From assembly GCA_003284215.1 (NCBI GenBank), contig QBVW01000006.1, forward strand, positions 38,520-102,519: DNA of 64,000 nt. Reading direction: 5' to 3'. The translations under genes and the position numbers were made by a program. Every line of letters begins with the position of its first letter. The stretch's first letter is position 1. Below, piece after piece: positions 20,078-29,015 of the stretch. Source of the DNA: SAR86 cluster bacterium AG-313-D11 (lineage in GTDB: Bacteria > Pseudomonadota > Gammaproteobacteria > Magnimaribacterales > D2472). Under the pieces are notes generated by a model. That model searched no databases. It had not been told where the DNA came from and worked only from the letters and a program-made list of their open reading frames with translations.

Positions 20078-20108
20078 AAAAGAGGGCTTAAGCCCTCTTT
20101 TTTTTGAT
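20078..20108 (+). terminator. rho-independent terminator
   Basis: The hairpin is AGAGGGC-TTAA-GCCCTCT, followed by T8. Confidence 0.75.
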
Positions 20109-20119
20109 AGAATTGATCA

Positions 20120-21112
20120 ATGAAATTCATTCAGTTTATTGTTTTATCTTTTTTTATTTTTGGCTGCTCTCAGTCAGCCAATGTCGAGCCAACTTATCTA
20201 ACTGAAAAGGTTAAATACCCCTCTAAAAACATACTTGGATTTGAAAATTTATTTGGTGGTGGTTTAATTGCTCAGAAAGATATCGAAATATTCGGAGTCT
20301 TACATTTCCCTGATAACTACAATTCACTAAAAAAATATCCTGCTGTTGTTGCCTCTCATGGGTCATCAAACTGGCGAGCACATCATTTGAAGTATTTAGA
20401 GAAAATGCGTCAGGCTGGCTTTATTGTTTTTGCAATGCATCCTTTTGATTCAAGAAATGTTGATAGCACTGTCGGAAATCAGATAAATGTTACAAGCGAA
20501 ACTGTAATTTATGACATGGCTATGAGTTTGAATTTGTTATGGGATGACCCCAGAATTGATAACGCAAAGATTTATGCAGCAGGTTGGAGTCTTGGCGGCA
20601 CTGCAACCCTATTTAATGGCTGGGTACCACTGCAAAATTCGATTAACAAAAGCGGAGCATCTTTTGCTGGATATTTAATGTGGTATCCAGGATGTCTAGC
20701 ATTGCCTGATCTCAATCAATGGGACAAGGATTTAATGCAAATTTATATCGGCGAAGAAGATAACTGGACACCGCCTCAACCATGCAAGGATTTAGTTTCA
20801 GATATTAACAAGCAGGGCGGTAATGCAAATATAGAACTTTATCCTAACTCCTTTCATTCGTTTGACGGCCCTCAGCCTCTTAGACTAATACCTGAAGCTT
20901 ATAGTTGGGCTGAGTGTAAATTAAAGCTCAACGCAGATACTAAAAAAGTCTATGACCCTCAAAATAGATCATTAGATTTTTCTGATCCAAAGCTTAGAAG
21001 AACTGCTTATGAAAGCTGTGCAGTGAAAGGCGAGGTTATGGCTGGAGCGAGTCCTGAATATAAGAACGCTGCTTATGAGCATCTTACTGAGCTGCTATCT
21101 AAATTGGATTAG
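20120..21112 (+). CDS. alpha/beta hydrolase lipoprotein (dienelactone-hydrolase-like)
   Basis: It has a lipobox (IFGCS) and a GxSxG elbow (GWSLGG). Confidence 0.6.
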   Translation: MKFIQFIVLSFFIFGCSQSANVEPTYLTEKVKYPSKNILGFENLFGGGLIAQKDIEIFGVLHFPDNYNSLKKYPAVVASHGSSNWRAHHLKYLEKMRQAGFIVFAMHPFDSRNVDSTVGNQINVTSETVIYDMAMSLNLLWDDPRIDNAKIYAAGWSLGGTATLFNGWVPLQNSINKSGASFAGYLMWYPGCLALPDLNQWDKDLMQIYIGEEDNWTPPQPCKDLVSDINKQGGNANIELYPNSFHSFDGPQPLRLIPEAYSWAECKLKLNADTKKVYDPQNRSLDFSDPKLRRTAYESCAVKGEVMAGASPEYKNAAYEHLTELLSKLD

Positions 21113-21462
21113 CTAGAAAATTCTTTCCAGCCTCTATAACCACCCTCAAGATTTTGCACATCTTTAAACCCTAGATCAATTAATGTCTTACCAGCAAGTG
21201 AGGCTCTGCTTCCTCCACCACAATAAACAATAATCGGTGTATCTGCCCTTAAGTCTTGATTTTCAGAAGCAGGTGAGAGCTTCAATTCAATTAACCCTCG
21301 TGGAATATTCACAGCACCAGCTATGCTGCCCGTTTCGTTAATTTCAGTCATCTCTCGGACATCTATTACAAGGTAATCACCAGATTTTTGTGTAAAATCT
21401 TTACAAGAAATTTTTGGAACAATACTGTGCGCTTTGGCTATCAATTCTTTTAATGACATCAA
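21109..21462 (-). CDS. single-domain rhodanese (sulfurtransferase)
   Basis: The 117 aa carry the active-site loop CGGGSRAS and a rhodanese-typical C-terminus (GGYRGW). Confidence 0.85.
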   Translation of the reverse strand: MMSLKELIAKAHSIVPKISCKDFTQKSGDYLVIDVREMTEINETGSIAGAVNIPRGLIELKLSPASENQDLRADTPIIVYCGGGSRASLAGKTLIDLGFKDVQNLEGGYRGWKEFSS

Positions 21463-21551
21463 TATATTATCTTTTTAAAGAGTTATTTGTTCAACATATA
21501 TAAGCTAATTTTTAATTATTCAAACTAACTTTTATTCTTATGTCTATTGCA

Positions 21552-21606
21552 ATGTGAACGGTGTAAACATATGATATCAACTGTTAATGTTTACAGTGTA
21601 AACATT
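21552..21606. promoter_or_regulatory. operator-like cluster of TGTAAAC half-sites, including a 21-bp perfect palindrome
   Basis: ATGTGAAC (21552-59), GTGTAAACAT (21561-70) and GTGTAAACAT (21596-605). AATGTTTACA-G-TGTAAACATT (21586-21606) is a perfect inverted repeat. Confidence 0.4.
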
Positions 21607-21653
21607 ATAAATATTACGTATATTAAAAAAACATAACATAAAGGAGACTTATA

Positions 21654-21929
21654 ATGAAAAAAATATGCATAACTGCTCTTGCCTTATTGATCATTCCCTC
21701 TGTCAGCTTTGCAGAAATTGCAATTCAAGATGGATACAGTATTGAAGGTAAAATATTTGCTGTGAAAACTTCAAAAAAATATGCTTCTGTTGATAGTTGC
21801 GCAAAAATTGCAATGTCTAAAAGTCGTGTTGCGGGCTTTACCTTTAAATCAAGCTCTAAAAAATGTTTCCTTTATAAAAATGTTAGAGCTTTAAAAGAGG
21901 ATTCAGGCTCTGTTTCTGGAACAAAGTAA
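21654..21929 (+). CDS. small secreted protein, possibly PAN/Apple-like
   Basis: It has a signal peptide, a strong SD (AAGGAG), and the pattern C...GFTF....KCFLYKN. The assignment is weak. Confidence 0.4.
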   Translation: MKKICITALALLIIPSVSFAEIAIQDGYSIEGKIFAVKTSKKYASVDSCAKIAMSKSRVAGFTFKSSSKKCFLYKNVRALKEDSGSVSGTK

Positions 21930-21948
21930 AATATATTTTTAAAACTTG

Positions 21949-21974
21949 AAAGGGAGCAATCCTCCCTTTTTTCT
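21949..21974 (+). terminator. rho-independent terminator
   Basis: The hairpin is AAGGGAG-CAATC-CTCCCTT, followed by a T-run. Confidence 0.7.
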
Positions 21975-22020
21975 AAATAATCTTGGATTTATAGATTTTT
22001 TCTTGCATACTCTCATTTCT

Positions 22021-22170
22021 ATGAATAATGCAGTTGGATCTATAAGATCATCTAATCAATTAATAGCGCTTTGCTTTCAATGCTGTGCGGTTGCATCTGT
22101 TTCATACATCACTCCATTTAGCAGAAGACGAAGATCTATCTAAAAACCCCCAGTAATGGTGTGGTTTTTT
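22021..22170 (+). promoter_or_regulatory. candidate Arg-codon leader ORF plus terminator-like hairpin (attenuator) preceding the arg operon
   Basis: The 40-codon ORF (22021-22143) ends ...FS-RRRR-SI-stop, with AGA AGA CGA AGA at 22123-34. A hairpin at 22142-22170 (AAAAACCCCCA-GUAA-UGGUGUGGUUUUUU) ends 8 nt before the argF' ATG. Confidence 0.35.
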
Positions 22171-22177
22171 ATCTAAG

Positions 22178-23170
22178 ATGAAGAATTTTATTACAACTCA
22201 AAATTGGTCAAGAGCAGAGCTACAGGACATTATTGATTTTGCTATTGAGCTTAAAAATAATCCCTACCAACCGCTTTTACAGAATAAATCAATTGCCATG
22301 TTATTTTTTAATCCCTCTCTTAGAACTAAAACTAGTTTTGAGGTTGGAATTAGAGAGCTCTCTGGAACGGCTGTAATCCTTCAACCTGGAAAAGATGCTT
22401 GGCCTATTGAATTTGAAGAAAAGATTGTAATGGATGGAGGCTCAGAAGAGCACGTAAAAGAGGTTGCGCAAGTCTTATCATCATATTGTGATTGCATAGC
22501 GATCAGAGCATTTCCTGAGTTTAATGATTGGGATCATGATAGGACAGATTCAGTCATTAACAGCTTTGCACAATATTCTTCTGTGCCGGTGGTAAATATG
22601 GAGACCATTGAGCATCCATGCCAAGAACTTGCTCATCTTTTAACTTTGCAAGAACATTTAGGTGATCTGCAAGGTAAAGATTATTTACTAACCTGGACTT
22701 ATCATCCTAAGCCATTAAATACAGCAGTTGCTAATTCCAGTCTCTTGATCGCTAGTAAGTTTGGTATGAATGTTAAATTGTTATGTCCATCTGAAGAATA
22801 TCATCTGGATAAAAGATATTTAAAAGCTGCCAAAGATAATTGTGAATCTGAGGGAGCCTCATTCGAAGTGTCCTATGATATTAATAGCGCATATTCAAAT
22901 GTAGATATTGTCTATGCAAAAAGCTGGGGGTGTCTCAGTCATTATGGAAAAATCGATGATCAGATAGCCATCAATAATCAATACAAGCACTTTATAGTTG
23001 ATGAATCAAAGATGAGTCTTACAAACAATGCTGTTTTTAGTCACTGCCTTCCCTTAAGAAGAAATGTAAAAGCAACTGATGGGGTTATGGATGCTGATTA
23101 TTGTATTGCGGTAAAAGAAGCGGCGAATAGAAAGCATGTTCAAAAATCCATGCTTAGTAAAATTTTATAG
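22178..23170 (+). CDS. argF': N-acetyl- (or N-succinyl-) ornithine carbamoyltransferase, ArgF' type
   Basis: It has the carbamoyl-phosphate motif (SLRTKTSFE), and HPCQ and HCLP motifs. Length and N-terminus match the AOTCase/SOTCase clade rather than classical OTCase. Confidence 0.8.
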   Translation: MKNFITTQNWSRAELQDIIDFAIELKNNPYQPLLQNKSIAMLFFNPSLRTKTSFEVGIRELSGTAVILQPGKDAWPIEFEEKIVMDGGSEEHVKEVAQVLSSYCDCIAIRAFPEFNDWDHDRTDSVINSFAQYSSVPVVNMETIEHPCQELAHLLTLQEHLGDLQGKDYLLTWTYHPKPLNTAVANSSLLIASKFGMNVKLLCPSEEYHLDKRYLKAAKDNCESEGASFEVSYDINSAYSNVDIVYAKSWGCLSHYGKIDDQIAINNQYKHFIVDESKMSLTNNAVFSHCLPLRRNVKATDGVMDADYCIAVKEAANRKHVQKSMLSKIL

Positions 23171-23179
23171 GTATTAATT

Positions 23180-24376
23180 ATGAATAAAAAAGTAGTATTA
23201 GCATTTTCAGGGGGCCTAGATACAAGCTTTTGTATTCCATATCTTCTTGATCAAGGGTATGAAGTCCATACTTTATTTGTAAACACTGGCGGCATTTCAT
23301 CCAAAGAAGAACATGCAATTACCCAAAGAGCCAATGAATTAGGTGCAAAAAAACACATCAACATCAATGTTGAAAAAAGCTTATGGACTGAGATTCTTAT
23401 TCCATTAATTCAATCCGGAGCTCTTTATCAAAATAAATATCCTGCACTTTGTTCTGATAGGTATTTGATAGTCAAAGAATCAATTAAATTATGTCAAAAA
23501 TTAAAGACTAAAAATATTGCTCACGGATGCACTGGCATGGGTAACGATCAAATTAGATTTGATTTATCTATAAGGGCTCATGGGAATTACAACATTATTA
23601 CTCCAATACGAGAGATTCAAAATATAACTAAAAATGTAAGAGGCTACGAAGAGGATTATTTGCAAGCAAAAGGCTTCAAGGTTTCATCATTACATAAAAA
23701 ATATAGTATTAATGAAAACCTCATGGGAGCAACAATCTCTGGAAGCGAAATTGATGAATGGGAGGAACCATCCAGCGAAAGTTTTGTGCTGTGTAAATTA
23801 CCTCATCAATATCCCAAAAAGCCGAAAACTCTTAATATAAAATTTCTTAGAGGAAAAGTTATTTCTGTTAATCATAAAAAAATGCAAGGCGCTGATTTTC
23901 TTAGAACTTTAAATCTTCTTGGAGGCTCTTTTGGCATCGGACGCTCAGTTTTTTCAAGCGATACAATTATTGGGCTTAAAGGTAGATTTGTTTTTGAAGC
24001 ACCAGGTATTGAAATCTTGATGTCAGCTCACAGAGCTTTGGAAGAAGCCGTCTTGACTGATAAACAAAATTTTGTGAAGACTCAAGTGGGCCAGGAATGG
24101 GTCAATCTTGTATATAGGGGATTTTATTTTGAGCCTTTAAGAGAAAATCTAGAGGCATTTTTGCTTGATTCTCAAAAAACTGTTTCTGGAGAAGTTACCT
24201 TGAAGCTTACACCTGGTCGAGTTGATGCGGTTGCTGTTAAATCAAAAAATATTCTTAAGAGCCCAGAGGGCTCTTATGCTCAGTCTGCAACTTGGTCAGA
24301 AGCAGAATCAAAAGGATTCATTAAGCTAATAGGTCAAAGCACATCAACTTGGTCTTCCATCCATAAGAAAAAATGA
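23180..24376 (+). CDS. argG: argininosuccinate synthase
   Basis: It has the AFSGGLDTS ATP-pyrophosphatase motif and GCTGMGNDQIRF. Confidence 0.9.
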   Translation: MNKKVVLAFSGGLDTSFCIPYLLDQGYEVHTLFVNTGGISSKEEHAITQRANELGAKKHININVEKSLWTEILIPLIQSGALYQNKYPALCSDRYLIVKESIKLCQKLKTKNIAHGCTGMGNDQIRFDLSIRAHGNYNIITPIREIQNITKNVRGYEEDYLQAKGFKVSSLHKKYSINENLMGATISGSEIDEWEEPSSESFVLCKLPHQYPKKPKTLNIKFLRGKVISVNHKKMQGADFLRTLNLLGGSFGIGRSVFSSDTIIGLKGRFVFEAPGIEILMSAHRALEEAVLTDKQNFVKTQVGQEWVNLVYRGFYFEPLRENLEAFLLDSQKTVSGEVTLKLTPGRVDAVAVKSKNILKSPEGSYAQSATWSEAESKGFIKLIGQSTSTWSSIHKKK

Positions 24377-25440
24377 ATACAGATTTAGAGCTCATCTTAA
24401 AACATCTCAGGGCTCTAGTTGCATGCGACACCTCGAATCCTCCTCGAAACATAGAACAATCAGGACTCATTGATTATTTAAGCTCATTAGATTTTATTGA
24501 TCCTCAGATAACAGATCTGGGAGAGGGGTCTTTTAACATCCTTCTTGCCAAGGGCGCACCAAAATATCTGGTCAATGTTCATATAGATACAGTTCCACCT
24601 GGAGATGCGTGGCAATCTGACCCTCATAATTTAATTATTGAAAATGGAAAAGCAATTGGACTTGGTGCTTGTGACATCAAAGGAGCTGCAGCGTGTTTAT
24701 TAACATTGCTAGAACAAGGACTCAGTGATTATGCAATTCTATTTTCTACAGATGAAGAAGCCGGCCAAAGTACTTGTGTTAAAGAGTACATAAAAACAAA
24801 ACCAGTTTTCGAGGGTATTATTGTTGCAGAGCCTACCCAAAATATGGCCGTAACCTGTCATAGAGGCATTCTTACTGGCACCCAGGAGTTTTTTGGTCTT
24901 GCTGGGCATAGTTCAGAAAAAAGAGCTTTGAGTGATAATGCGATTCATAAATTAACACGTTGGTCAGATGCAGCTTTGAAAGTTGCTGAATCATACAATG
25001 AAAAATCATTTCAGGATCTGCAAGGTATTGCTTTTAATTTAGGGTTAGTTGAGGGAGGGATTAAGCCCAATATTATTGCTGATCATGCCCAAGTTAAATT
25101 TGGGATGAGACCTTTACCAGGTCAATCCTTTGATGAGCTATTGAAACAATTTAACACTGAATCAGTTGAAAATAATTCTAAGTTTACCTCTGGATTTGTT
25201 GCGCCCGCATTGCCAGCGTCAGGAAATATTCATGATTTAGAATTATTTGTTGATGAACTGGGCTTAAATTTATCTGCACCGGTAAATTTTTGGACAGAGG
25301 CATCATTATTTAGTGAAGCGGGGTACCGAGCTATAGTTTATGGCCCAGGTGATATAGCTAATGCTCATCAACCCAATGAGTCAGTAGCTCTTAATGAGCT
25401 AAATCAAGCATTAGTTGATTTTAAACAAATAATTCAATGA
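24373..25440 (+). CDS. argE: M20-family deacetylase (acetylornithine/acetylcitrulline deacetylase)
   Basis: It has M20 motifs (HIDTVP, GACDIKG, DEEAG). An ATGA junction overlaps argG. Confidence 0.75.
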   Translation: MNTDLELILKHLRALVACDTSNPPRNIEQSGLIDYLSSLDFIDPQITDLGEGSFNILLAKGAPKYLVNVHIDTVPPGDAWQSDPHNLIIENGKAIGLGACDIKGAAACLLTLLEQGLSDYAILFSTDEEAGQSTCVKEYIKTKPVFEGIIVAEPTQNMAVTCHRGILTGTQEFFGLAGHSSEKRALSDNAIHKLTRWSDAALKVAESYNEKSFQDLQGIAFNLGLVEGGIKPNIIADHAQVKFGMRPLPGQSFDELLKQFNTESVENNSKFTSGFVAPALPASGNIHDLELFVDELGLNLSAPVNFWTEASLFSEAGYRAIVYGPGDIANAHQPNESVALNELNQALVDFKQIIQ

Positions 25441-26747
25441 CTAAGTCGCCCAATCAATTTATAAAAAAAACTATTTTAAAACTTCTTGGTGCAATCGGTT
25501 CTGAGAAAGAAATAAATAAGTACATTGAAAAATTCTCTTCCCCTGAACAACGTTTTGCAGTTATTAAAGTTGGAGGGTCTCTAATTGAAAATGATCTTGA
25601 AAATCTTATTTCATCTTTGGTATTTTTAAATCAAGTCGGCCTTAAGCCTGTAATAATGCATGGAGCTGGCCCCATGCTTTCCGCAGCTCTAGAAGATAAG
25701 AACATTGATTTTTCATTCATCAATGGTCAAAGAGTAACTTCCCAAGAGGTAAGAGATGTTGCTCATGAAGTCTTTAAGGAAACCAATGAAAAGATTGTAG
25801 AGGCTTTAGAAGCTCAAGGAGCATATGCAAAAGGCCTAGTCTCTAATATATTTCAATGCATCATAGATGATCCTGATTTGGGTTACGTTGGATCAATTCA
25901 AGCCGTTAATATTAATCTGGTTAATGAAGTACTGGAATCTGATTCCATCCCAGTGATTGCGCCTGTGGGCTTTCAAAACAGTGACATGTTAAATATTAAT
26001 GCTGATATTGCCACTGTTGAATTAGTTAAAGCTATCAATCCTTATAAAGCTATTTTCTTATCAGAGACTGGTGGAATTTTTAATAAAACTGGTCAATTGA
26101 TTACTAATATCAATTTGGCCCTTGAGTATGAGGAGCTCATGCAAGAAGAATGGCTTCATTCCGGGATGAAGTTAAAACTGCAGCAAATTAAATCTTTATT
26201 AGACCATCTTCCAAAGACAGCCTCTGTCTCTATCACAGAACCAATTAATCTACCAAAAGAGCTATTTACAGATTCTGGATCAGGCACCCTGATAAAACAT
26301 GGCTATAGTGTTTCTCAGTACAGCCTTCCAGACAAGAAGATTCAAGAGCATTTCAAAAAAATTATTGAGGCATCATTTGGTGGCAGTTTAGTACATAGTT
26401 TTTTTGATGATCCGAGTAGTTTAAATATTTTTATGACTTCATGTAATAGGGCTACGATAGCTATTTCGAATGAGTTTAGTATTCCATATATGGATAAGTT
26501 TGGAGTTATTCCTGAAGCAAAAGGTGAAGGCTTAGGAGCGGGTATCTGGCATGAAATGCGTAAAGTTTATCCACAGGTTTTTTGGCGTTCACGCCCAAAT
26601 AACCCTATTAATAATTTTTACACATCAATTTGTGAGGGATGCCAAAAACAAGATGAGTGGCATATTTTCTGGATTGGTATATCTGATTATAGCGTTCTAA
26701 AAGATTGTATTGAGTATGCTTTTAACAAACCAAAAAGCGTGATTTAA
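25437..26747 (+). CDS. argA/B: bifunctional N-acetylglutamate kinase/synthase (AAK domain plus C-terminal GNAT domain)
   Basis: The 436 aa comprise an N-terminal amino-acid-kinase domain (VIKVGGS, MHGAGP) and a ~150-aa C-terminal acetyltransferase-like domain. This is the architecture described for Xanthomonas and Maricaulis. Confidence 0.7.
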   Translation: MTKSPNQFIKKTILKLLGAIGSEKEINKYIEKFSSPEQRFAVIKVGGSLIENDLENLISSLVFLNQVGLKPVIMHGAGPMLSAALEDKNIDFSFINGQRVTSQEVRDVAHEVFKETNEKIVEALEAQGAYAKGLVSNIFQCIIDDPDLGYVGSIQAVNINLVNEVLESDSIPVIAPVGFQNSDMLNINADIATVELVKAINPYKAIFLSETGGIFNKTGQLITNINLALEYEELMQEEWLHSGMKLKLQQIKSLLDHLPKTASVSITEPINLPKELFTDSGSGTLIKHGYSVSQYSLPDKKIQEHFKKIIEASFGGSLVHSFFDDPSSLNIFMTSCNRATIAISNEFSIPYMDKFGVIPEAKGEGLGAGIWHEMRKVYPQVFWRSRPNNPINNFYTSICEGCQKQDEWHIFWIGISDYSVLKDCIEYAFNKPKSVI

Positions 26748-27677
26748 ATGGATACTAAAACAATAGGTTTATTAGGCGGACGAGGGTATGTAGGCCAAGA
26801 AATTATTAAGTTACTAGTTAACCATAAGTATTTAAATATTACTTCAATTTTTTCTTCTTCTAAAGCAGGCCAGTCAGTTCCTCTTAATGTTGGCAATGAA
26901 TTGCTATATCAAGATTTAAGTTTAGATAAAATTGTTTTGTTTGATGAGGATGCTTTTATATTGGCCTTGCCTAATAATGAATCCCAGAATTATGTTGATC
27001 TGATTCATCGACATAATCCCCAAGCCATTATTGTTGATCTGAGTGCAGACCATCGTTTTGACCAGGCATGGGAATATAGAGTGCCTGAGCTGTCTGAAAC
27101 AGTTCAATCAACTAAAATCAGTAACCCTGGATGTTACGCTTCTGCAATGCAATTCATGCTAGAACCCTTAAAAAATATTTTAGCAGGTCCAGTTCATTTA
27201 TATGGTATCTCTGGATATAGCGGTGCTGGGGCCACTCCAAATAGCAGAAATGATCAGGAGGCTCTTCAAGATAGTATTCTCCCGTATTCACTTGTGTCGC
27301 ATCTGCATGAAAAAGAAGTAAAGGCTCATAGTTATCCAGAAATATTATTTACACCCCATGTTGGTAATTTCTTTAGAGGAATTATGATGACAGGAAATTT
27401 TATTCTTTTAGAGTCAATGTCAGCTGATGAAATTTATAATTTGTTTGTTAAACATTATCAATCAGAGCAATTAATTTGCATTCAGCCAGAGCTTCCTAAC
27501 CTGCAAGATGTTCAAAACACCTCCAATGTAATAATGGGTGGCTTTGCGGTTGATCAAGAAATTAATAGGCTGACATTTTGCTGTGCGCTTGATAATCTTC
27601 TTAAAGGTGCGGCAACTCAAACGGTTCAAAACTTAAACTCTGCCTTCGGATGGGACGATAACTTAGGAATTATTTGA
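26748..27677 (+). CDS. argC: N-acetyl-gamma-glutamyl-phosphate reductase (short type)
   Basis: It has a GGRGYVGQE NAD-binding motif and the active-site motif NPGCY. Confidence 0.85.
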   Translation: MDTKTIGLLGGRGYVGQEIIKLLVNHKYLNITSIFSSSKAGQSVPLNVGNELLYQDLSLDKIVLFDEDAFILALPNNESQNYVDLIHRHNPQAIIVDLSADHRFDQAWEYRVPELSETVQSTKISNPGCYASAMQFMLEPLKNILAGPVHLYGISGYSGAGATPNSRNDQEALQDSILPYSLVSHLHEKEVKAHSYPEILFTPHVGNFFRGIMMTGNFILLESMSADEIYNLFVKHYQSEQLICIQPELPNLQDVQNTSNVIMGGFAVDQEINRLTFCCALDNLLKGAATQTVQNLNSAFGWDDNLGII

Positions 27678-27679
27678 TT

Positions 27680-28969
27680 ATGAAAATTTGGAATCAAAGC
27701 TCAAAAGATAAAAACTCTGCAATTGATTATTTTTTATCCAGTGAAGATATTGTCTTAGATCAGGAATTATTTTTATATGATATTGAAGCATCCATTGCTC
27801 ATGTTCTTGAATTGCAAGACATTAACATTTTTACTAAATCTGAAGCTAAGAAAGTTATTGCCTCACTGCAAAAGCTTGCAAAGCTATTTCAAGCAAAGAA
27901 ATTTAAGTTAACGTCAAGATATGAAGATTGCCATTCGGCAATTGAGGATTATTTAACAAAAGAACTTGGTTCTTTGGGTCAGAAAATTCACACTGGTCGA
28001 AGTCGCAATGATCAGGTCATGGTCGCCATGCGACTTTATGCAAGAGCGAAATTAGATCTTATTCAGTCAATGAACCTAAAGATAGCAAAATCATTTTTTG
28101 ATAAAGCCGAAAAACATTCATCTGACTCTATGCCGGGATACACTCACTTACAAAGAGCCATGCCTTCAACTTGGGGTTTGTGGTTTGGAGCTTTTGCAGA
28201 ATCCTTTCTTGATAACGCTGAATTACTATCTACCACCCAAGAATGGATGAATATAAATCCACTGGGCTCGGCGGCAGGATATGGAGTCAATCTTCCCATT
28301 AAGCGTGATATTTCAACAAAAGAACTTAGCTTTAAAAGAAAACAATTAAACACTCTTTACGTGCAAAATAGCAGAGGAAAGTTTGAGTTAGAGTTGATTG
28401 GTTCATTGAAACAGCCAATGTTGGATGTGAGAAAATTTTCATGGGATATGAGTATTTTCCTGGCCCAGGAATTTAGTTTGTTAAGTATTGGATCTAAGTA
28501 TTCAACTGGATCATCTATTATGCCTAACAAGTCCAATCCTGATGTCATAGAGTTAATGAGAGCCAATTATGCTGTGATGGCAGGGCATTATTCTGAATTA
28601 GAAAACTTAATATCTTTGCCAAGTGGTTATCATCGTGATCTACAACTTACAAAGCGCTCTCTTATTCATTCTATTCATTGCGTAACAAAAACTTTAGGCT
28701 TAATACCTGATTTGATTAAATCGATCAAAGTAAATACTCAAAGGTCAAAAGAATTTATTGATCAGAATATGTTGATGACTGACCAGGCTTATGAGTTAGT
28801 TCAATCAGGTTTGCCTTTTAGAGAAGCCTATACCAAAGTTAAATCTCAAGGAGAAACAAGTTTAGTTTCCAACACTCTTTCTAGAAAAAATTCTTCATCT
28901 GGTTCAGCCTATAACTTGGATTTAAAAATTCTTAAAGCAAGGCTCAAAAAGCACATCAAATCCACATAG
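27680..28969 (+). CDS. argH: argininosuccinate lyase
   Basis: It has the fumarate-lyase signature GSSIMPNKSNPD and HTGRSRNDQ. I prefer the ATG at 27680; the track's TTG at 27674 is also possible. Confidence 0.9.
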   Translation: MKIWNQSSKDKNSAIDYFLSSEDIVLDQELFLYDIEASIAHVLELQDINIFTKSEAKKVIASLQKLAKLFQAKKFKLTSRYEDCHSAIEDYLTKELGSLGQKIHTGRSRNDQVMVAMRLYARAKLDLIQSMNLKIAKSFFDKAEKHSSDSMPGYTHLQRAMPSTWGLWFGAFAESFLDNAELLSTTQEWMNINPLGSAAGYGVNLPIKRDISTKELSFKRKQLNTLYVQNSRGKFELELIGSLKQPMLDVRKFSWDMSIFLAQEFSLLSIGSKYSTGSSIMPNKSNPDVIELMRANYAVMAGHYSELENLISLPSGYHRDLQLTKRSLIHSIHCVTKTLGLIPDLIKSIKVNTQRSKEFIDQNMLMTDQAYELVQSGLPFREAYTKVKSQGETSLVSNTLSRKNSSSGSAYNLDLKILKARLKKHIKST

Positions 28970-29015
28970 TACACGTTTTGCTTTTCTTTTTTCTTTATGA
29001 GAGTATTAAAGAAGA

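Noticed and set aside
22019-22033. An ARG-box-like sequence (TGAATAATGCA) upstream of argF'
   Set aside because: The E. coli-type ARG box needs TGAAT-N4-ATTCA. Here the second arm is ATGCA at the wrong spacing, and there is no tandem second box.
21946-22143. The 65-aa ORF in the track (MKGSNPPFFLNN...), considered as a protein-coding gene
   Set aside because: Its non-ATG start lies just upstream of the terminator hairpin of the preceding gene (21949-74), so the 5' end of the ORF runs through that hairpin. It has no SD or family resemblance. Only its 3' portion from the ATG at 22021 is reinterpreted, as a possible regulatory leader ORF.
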